Source of the DNA: Alphaproteobacteria bacterium
Lineage (GTDB): Bacteria; Pseudomonadota; Alphaproteobacteria; UBA9219; RFNS01
Length of the DNA stretch: 64,000 bases
NCBI GenBank assembly: GCA_016124955.1
Contig: WGMR01000008.1
Coordinates: 18,004 to 82,003, forward strand
Direction: 5' to 3'
Shown: in pieces, positions 59,511 through 64,000 of the stretch
How the letters are laid out: every line of letters starts with the position of its first letter
Position numbering within the stretch: the stretch's first letter is position 1
Position numbers and translations under genes: made by a program
Notes under the pieces: generated by a model
Told to the model about the DNA's origin: nothing
Databases searched by the model: none
Seen by the model: only the letters and a program-made list of their open reading frames with translations

Positions 59511-60548
59511 TCAGTAATTGTTTTGCTTGAACCAGTTTACGGCATCAAGGATGGCATCATACGCCGCGCGGGCGCGATAACCAAGCCGGCTTTCCGCCTT
59601 CTTGATGCTGAAAAACATCTTCTTTCTGGCCATATTCAGGCCATCAATGGTCACGAACGGGTCGCGGCCCGTGATGCGCGCGGCCAGCTCGGCCCCGAAG
59701 GCAATGGGGTAGATAAGCCCGCGCGGCAGCGCCAGCGTGGGCGGTTTGCGCCCGGTGATCTCGGCCACGTGGCGCAGAATATCGCGCAGCAGAAGATTCT
59801 CGCCGCCAAGAATGTATCGCTCGCCCACCTCGCCGCGGTCATAAGCCAGAACGTGGCCGATCGCGACATCGTCCACATGAACCACGTTCAAACCGGTATC
59901 GACGAAGGCGGGCATGCGGCCATGCATGGCCTCGACGATCATGCGCCCGGTCGGCGTCGGCTTGATATCGCGTGGGCCGATCGGGGCGGAAGGGTTGACG
60001 ATCACGGCGGGCAAGCCCTTTTCCGCGATCATCGCTTTCACCGTTTCCTCGGCCAGGAATTTGGATCGCTTGTAATGCCCGATCATGCCGCCAACATGCG
60101 AAGGCGTGGTTTCGTCAGCCGACGTGCCATCGGCGTTGCTGCCCAGCACGGCAACGGAACTGGTGTACACGATGCGCTTAACGCCCATCAAAAGCGCGGC
60201 GTTCATCAGCGCCTGCGTGCCTTCCACATTGGCCTGGTACATAGCGGCGGGGTTAGGCACCCAGATGCGGTAATCGGCGGCGATATGAAACAGCGCGTCG
60301 CATCCTGCCAGCGCGCGGGTCAGGGAATCGTGATCCAGCAGGTTGCCTTCCGCGATCTCGATATCAAGCCCCGCCAGGTTGCGCCTGTCGTTGTCCGGCC
60401 GGGTCAGGATCCGGACCCGGTGCCCTGCGGCCAGAAGCGCGCGCGTCACGGCCGCGCCGATGAAGCCGGTCGCGCCGGTCACAAGGGTTTGCTGCGGGAC
60501 GGTTTGCTGCGGCGGGGCTGGCTGGTTTGGGGTCTGCTCGGTTGTCAT
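59511..60548 (-). CDS. hpnA: Hopanoid-associated NAD-dependent sugar epimerase/dehydratase
   Basis: 345 aa. Rossmann GATGFIG and YxxxK (YKRSK) motifs. Confidence 0.85.
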   Translation of the reverse strand: MTTEQTPNQPAPPQQTVPQQTLVTGATGFIGAAVTRALLAAGHRVRILTRPDNDRRNLAGLDIEIAEGNLLDHDSLTRALAGCDALFHIAADYRIWVPNPAAMYQANVEGTQALMNAALLMGVKRIVYTSSVAVLGSNADGTSADETTPSHVGGMIGHYKRSKFLAEETVKAMIAEKGLPAVIVNPSAPIGPRDIKPTPTGRMIVEAMHGRMPAFVDTGLNVVHVDDVAIGHVLAYDRGEVGERYILGGENLLLRDILRHVAEITGRKPPTLALPRGLIYPIAFGAELAARITGRDPFVTIDGLNMARKKMFFSIKKAESRLGYRARAAYDAILDAVNWFKQNNY

Positions 60549-60975
60549 GGGGGCCGTTTATACCATCCTGAAACCGGTGGGCTATCGAGATTTAGGCCAC
60601 GTTGTAATTCTGCAACAAGGCGTGCCAGGCGGGCAGGGCGGCTGACAAAAAGAATCCGGATCAATGGCTTAGCCATGGGCTGTTTTTCGTGTCCCTGAAA
60701 CCGTTCCGGACCCGGTTCAAAAAACCATGCTTTTCCACACGAATATAAATCGCTTACCCATTGATTCAAATAATAAATACATTGCCATGGCAAAGATATC
60801 CACAGACAATAGCCAAAGCATCATTCTGCCACAAAAAACACCGGTAAATTAGGTTAACGAAATCTCAATCGGTGGGGTCTTAACTGATGAATTGGGCATC
60901 CAGCGTTTGGCTCAAAGCGCTTTGTCCGTCCGTGACTTACGGGTCATGCGGCTAGCTGTATTGGGGGATACAAAA

Positions 60976-62784
60976 GTGCTCGTTTCGCTTCGCCTGCCGA
61001 TGATACTCGCGCTCTGCGCGCTGGCCTCGCTTCTGGTGCTGCCCGCTTGCAGCCCGGTCGATGTGAAGGAAGCGCAAAGCAACTATTCGCGGCAACCGGA
61101 ATTACCCGAAGTTCCCGATCCTTCTGAAACCGTTCGCGGCGCAGACGATCCGCCGGTGGTGACGTTGAAGATCGGCAGCTCGCTGCGCGACCGTCGCCTT
61201 TCGTCCGGCGATGAATTACCCGAAGATGTCATCTTGCCCACCACCAATTTGCAGGGCGTGCCGGTTACGGCCGCGCTTGAAGCCGTGCTGGCCGGTACCG
61301 ATATCGCGCTTTCCTACGAAACCGCGGCCTTCGACGACCGCATCATCAACCTGCTGAACCTCAGCGGCCCGTTGCCGCAGGTCGTGGAACGTATCTGCAA
61401 CGCCGCGCGCGTGTTCTGCAACAACCGCAGCGGCAGCCTTGAACTGGTGGCGCAAGACACCTTCATCATCGAACTTCCGCCGGTCGAAGATGAAAACGCC
61501 GCCAGCAGCACGATCGCGGATGCGATCAAGCAGCTTTCCGGCGGCGATGTGCAGGTCGATACCGCCGGCGGCAATCTGATCTATTCCGCCGATTATGAAG
61601 GCTATCACCGCGTCAACCAGTATCTGTCGCAGCTGCGCAACGGCCGTCCCTTGATCGTGATGCAGATGTATATCTGGGAAGTTTCGCTCGATGCCAACAA
61701 CAATTCCGGCATCAGCTGGACCAGCTTCGACCAAAGCGGCCTCGGCGGCCACCTGCAATCCGTCGATAACATCACCTCCAGCCTGTCCAACTCCGCCATC
61801 TCGGCGATCACCGGCGGCATGAGCCTCGGTGCCGTGCTGCGCGGCAAGGTGGATGCCAACCTGGTGGCCAAGTTCCTCTCCACCCAGGGCGTGGTGCAGA
61901 CGGTCAGTAACCCGCAAATGACCTTCGTGTCCGGCTCCAGCGCCAACTTCGTGATCGGCGGTACGCGCCGCTTCATCTCGCAGGTCGGTCAGCTGGTATC
62001 GAACACCGTGTCCGGCTCCAGCACGGGCACCAGCGGCATCGGCACCAACACGGTATCGACCGACGATATCGATGTCGGGCTCACGATTGATGTGCGCGGC
62101 AGCTATGAAGGCGGCGTGATTTTCGCGAAAATGAGCCTCGCGACCACCGATATCATCAAGGTTGAATCGGTTGATACCGGCTCGACCCAGCTGCAGCTTC
62201 CCGAAACCAGCGAACGCAAGCTTGAAACCGTGCTGCGCGTCCGCCCGGGCGATAACCTTCTGCTTGCGGGCATGAACTCGTCGCGCGACGAACTGGGCCG
62301 CGACAATATTCCGCTCCCGCTGCTCGGCCGGCTCCCGCTCGGGACATCCGACATCAAGCAGAACCGCGAACTCGTGATCCTGCTCAAACCCTCGATCGTC
62401 CTGTTCGCGGACGACGAACAAATCGAACAGGCCCGCAAGGAAGAGCGCCGCCGCCCGCTGCCCGAACCGGTGGTGATCGACAGCGCCGGCACCCGCCCGA
62501 TCGTGTATGAAGAAAAGCCGCGCACGCTCAGCGATGCGGCCGACGAAGCGGCGGCTTATGCCACGCTTAGCTCCGAGACCGAAGCCGTACCCGGCGAAAC
62601 GCCAGTAACGGCGGCAATCGCCAGCGGCAATCAGCAGGTCCTGTTCGGCCAGGTTGGCGGCACGCCGGTGGGCGAACCGGGGCCGGATGTTTCGCTGGTC
62701 GATCGCGGCATGCTGCAGCGCGGGTTTTCCTACGCCTTCGATGAACTGCTGACCCCGTCGCAGGATGTGGAGGCGCAGCCATGA
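60976..62784 (+). CDS. Secretin-family outer-membrane lipoprotein (type IV pilus / T2SS-like secretin)
   Basis: A GTG at 60976 is preceded by a GGGGGA SD. Lipoprotein signal MLVSLRLPMILALCALASLLVLPAC. N0-like domain (LQGVPVTAALEAVLAGTDIALSY). C-terminal secretin domain (VVQTVSNPQMTFVSGSSANFVIGG ... LRVRPGDNLLLAGMNSSR ... ELVILLKPSIV). Confidence 0.75.
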   Translation: MLVSLRLPMILALCALASLLVLPACSPVDVKEAQSNYSRQPELPEVPDPSETVRGADDPPVVTLKIGSSLRDRRLSSGDELPEDVILPTTNLQGVPVTAALEAVLAGTDIALSYETAAFDDRIINLLNLSGPLPQVVERICNAARVFCNNRSGSLELVAQDTFIIELPPVEDENAASSTIADAIKQLSGGDVQVDTAGGNLIYSADYEGYHRVNQYLSQLRNGRPLIVMQMYIWEVSLDANNNSGISWTSFDQSGLGGHLQSVDNITSSLSNSAISAITGGMSLGAVLRGKVDANLVAKFLSTQGVVQTVSNPQMTFVSGSSANFVIGGTRRFISQVGQLVSNTVSGSSTGTSGIGTNTVSTDDIDVGLTIDVRGSYEGGVIFAKMSLATTDIIKVESVDTGSTQLQLPETSERKLETVLRVRPGDNLLLAGMNSSRDELGRDNIPLPLLGRLPLGTSDIKQNRELVILLKPSIVLFADDEQIEQARKEERRRPLPEPVVIDSAGTRPIVYEEKPRTLSDAADEAAAYATLSSETEAVPGETPVTAAIASGNQQVLFGQVGGTPVGEPGPDVSLVDRGMLQRGFSYAFDELLTPSQDVEAQP

Positions 62785-64000
62785 TAGGCCGCCGCCGCTC
62801 AGCTTTGCCGGTGGCCGCGGTTATGCTTCTGGCCGCGCTGTTGTTGCCGTCCGCGGCGTTCGCGCGCGATGCGTCGTTTATCGAGCCGGGCACATCGGTC
62901 GGCAAGGGCGCCACCAACGAAGCGCTGGTGGCCGAACCAAAAGAAGTGGATACGGGCGAATCCGTCGTCGGCGTGGCGCGCCGCATCACGCTGTTCTTTT
63001 CAAACCAAAGCAACACCGGGGTTACGATCCGTGACATGACGGTCAACGGCGATGGCAACGTCACGACCGAAATTACCAGTGACGATTGCAAAAAGGTCGG
63101 CAAAATCCCGGCCTTCACCCGCTGCGCCGTGGTCATGTCGATCACGCCATCAAGTCCGGGCCCGTGGACGGTGGAAATCCTTGTCACGCATGACGGGCTC
63201 GGGCGCATCGCGCGTGCGACCGTCAACGGCATGACGCTGGGCGAACGCAAGGAATCGCAGGAAAAAAAGATGGGCCTCGCGCTCAACAACCAAAAGACCG
63301 ATCCGATCGATTTCGGCGAAGTTGAAATCGGCGTCGGCAAGCCGGTGCGCTCGGCGCTGATCTATAACGATAGCAACGAAGACATCACTATCATTTCCAT
63401 CGATCTGATCGCGGCCAGCAACGGCCTCGCGCGCCTCAATCAGGGCTGCGAGGTCGATATGACCCTGCGTCCCGGCGAGTCATGCCCGATCACGCTGCAA
63501 TGGACCCCGTTCCGCCGCAACACGATATCGACCGATCTGATCGTGCGGCATAGCGGCCGTGTCGGTTTCATGGTCGTGCAGGTGCGCGGCAAGACCACGG
63601 GCGAAGCCATGGCGGGCGCTGAAGGCGAAGGCGCCGAAGGCAATATGACCCGGATACCGGGTTTACCGCCGCCGCCGCCCTCGGCGGCCGAGCTTGGCAA
63701 TCTTATGAACAATGTCCCGCCCGTAAACGCCGGCGCGCTTTCCGGCCCGCCGCCGATGGCTTCGCAATCCTCTTCCGCGCCCGTGCATGCCGATATCTAT
63801 CTTGTCGGCACGGTCGGCAAGCGCGCGATCCTGCAACGCGGCGGCGGCGCCACCAAAGTCGTTGCCGAAGGCAGCGAAGGCAATGTTGGCGGCGTTTCGG
63901 TCCGGGTTATCAGCGTAAACCCGCGCGCCGCATCGGTAGAAATGAACGGCGAGACGCATGAATTGAAGCTTGGCGGTTCGCCCTACCGTCCGAGCCAGAA
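62781..64000 (+). CDS. Secreted protein with two ASH/PapD-like beta-sandwich repeats, Pro-rich linker and a PilP/GspC-like C-terminal domain (truncated at window end)
   Basis: Not in the ORF track because it has no stop. I translated it myself from the ATG at 62781, which overlaps the secretin stop as ATGA. It has a signal peptide MIGRRRSALPVAAVMLLAALLLPSAAFA. Two repeats carry C...PG.SC/C...PGESC motifs. A PGLPPPPPS linker leads to LVGTVGKRAILQRGGGATKVV... Confidence 0.5.
   Translation, partial: MIGRRRSALPVAAVMLLAALLLPSAAFARDASFIEPGTSVGKGATNEALVAEPKEVDTGESVVGVARRITLFFSNQSNTGVTIRDMTVNGDGNVTTEITSDDCKKVGKIPAFTRCAVVMSITPSSPGPWTVEILVTHDGLGRIARATVNGMTLGERKESQEKKMGLALNNQKTDPIDFGEVEIGVGKPVRSALIYNDSNEDITIISIDLIAASNGLARLNQGCEVDMTLRPGESCPITLQWTPFRRNTISTDLIVRHSGRVGFMVVQVRGKTTGEAMAGAEGEGAEGNMTRIPGLPPPPPSAAELGNLMNNVPPVNAGALSGPPPMASQSSSAPVHADIYLVGTVGKRAILQRGGGATKVVAEGSEGNVGGVSVRVISVNPRAASVEMNGETHELKLGGSPYRPSQ

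Overview
High-GC (about 65-70% by eye) chromosomal segment, consistent with an alphaproteobacterial hopanoid producer. This taxonomic reading is an inference from gene content, not a database hit. Most of the window is housekeeping: queA-tgt, coaBC-dut-ugd, apaG, gyrB, epmA, slt, a family-4 UDG, ETF-QO, prmC-prfA, ispG-rodZ, the lysC-NMO-ptsP operon, ubiG, and class I RNR nrdA/nrdB. A hopanoid biosynthesis locus is split into three blocks: shc-hpnG (41.5-44.2 kb), hpnH-ispH (47.0-49.3 kb) and hpnA-B-C-D-E (55.3-60.5 kb). Accessory and unusual content:
(1) a tightly coupled operon at 0.35-5.4 kb encoding YjbQ, ACP, AMP-ligase, LuxE-like and LuxC-like proteins and a NeuD/PglD-type acyltransferase, i.e. 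a putative sugar or lipid N-acylation cassette;
(2) an AT-rich islet at 15.08-19.04 kb abutting tRNA-Gly(CCC), made only of uncharacterised genes: a tandem-GNAT-like protein, two paralogous divergently oriented XRE-HTH regulators sharing an unrecognised C-terminal domain, two tandem paralogous ~65-aa proteins, and a 120-aa hypothetical;
(3) nrdA and nrdB separated by a 102-aa hypothetical and a low-GC integral membrane protein;
(4) a low-GC triad of lipoprotein genes, one copy interrupted by an in-frame TAA;
(5) a LysE/ArgO exporter frameshifted in a T6 homopolymer;
(6) at the 3' edge, a lipoprotein secretin followed by a truncated periplasmic protein with two ASH/PapD-like repeats, i.e. a putative pilus or secretion outer-membrane module. 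A TadE-like fragment sits at the 5' edge.
No CRISPR array, transposase or integrase was seen. All calls rest on reading the supplied ORF translations and the sequence by eye; no searches were run.
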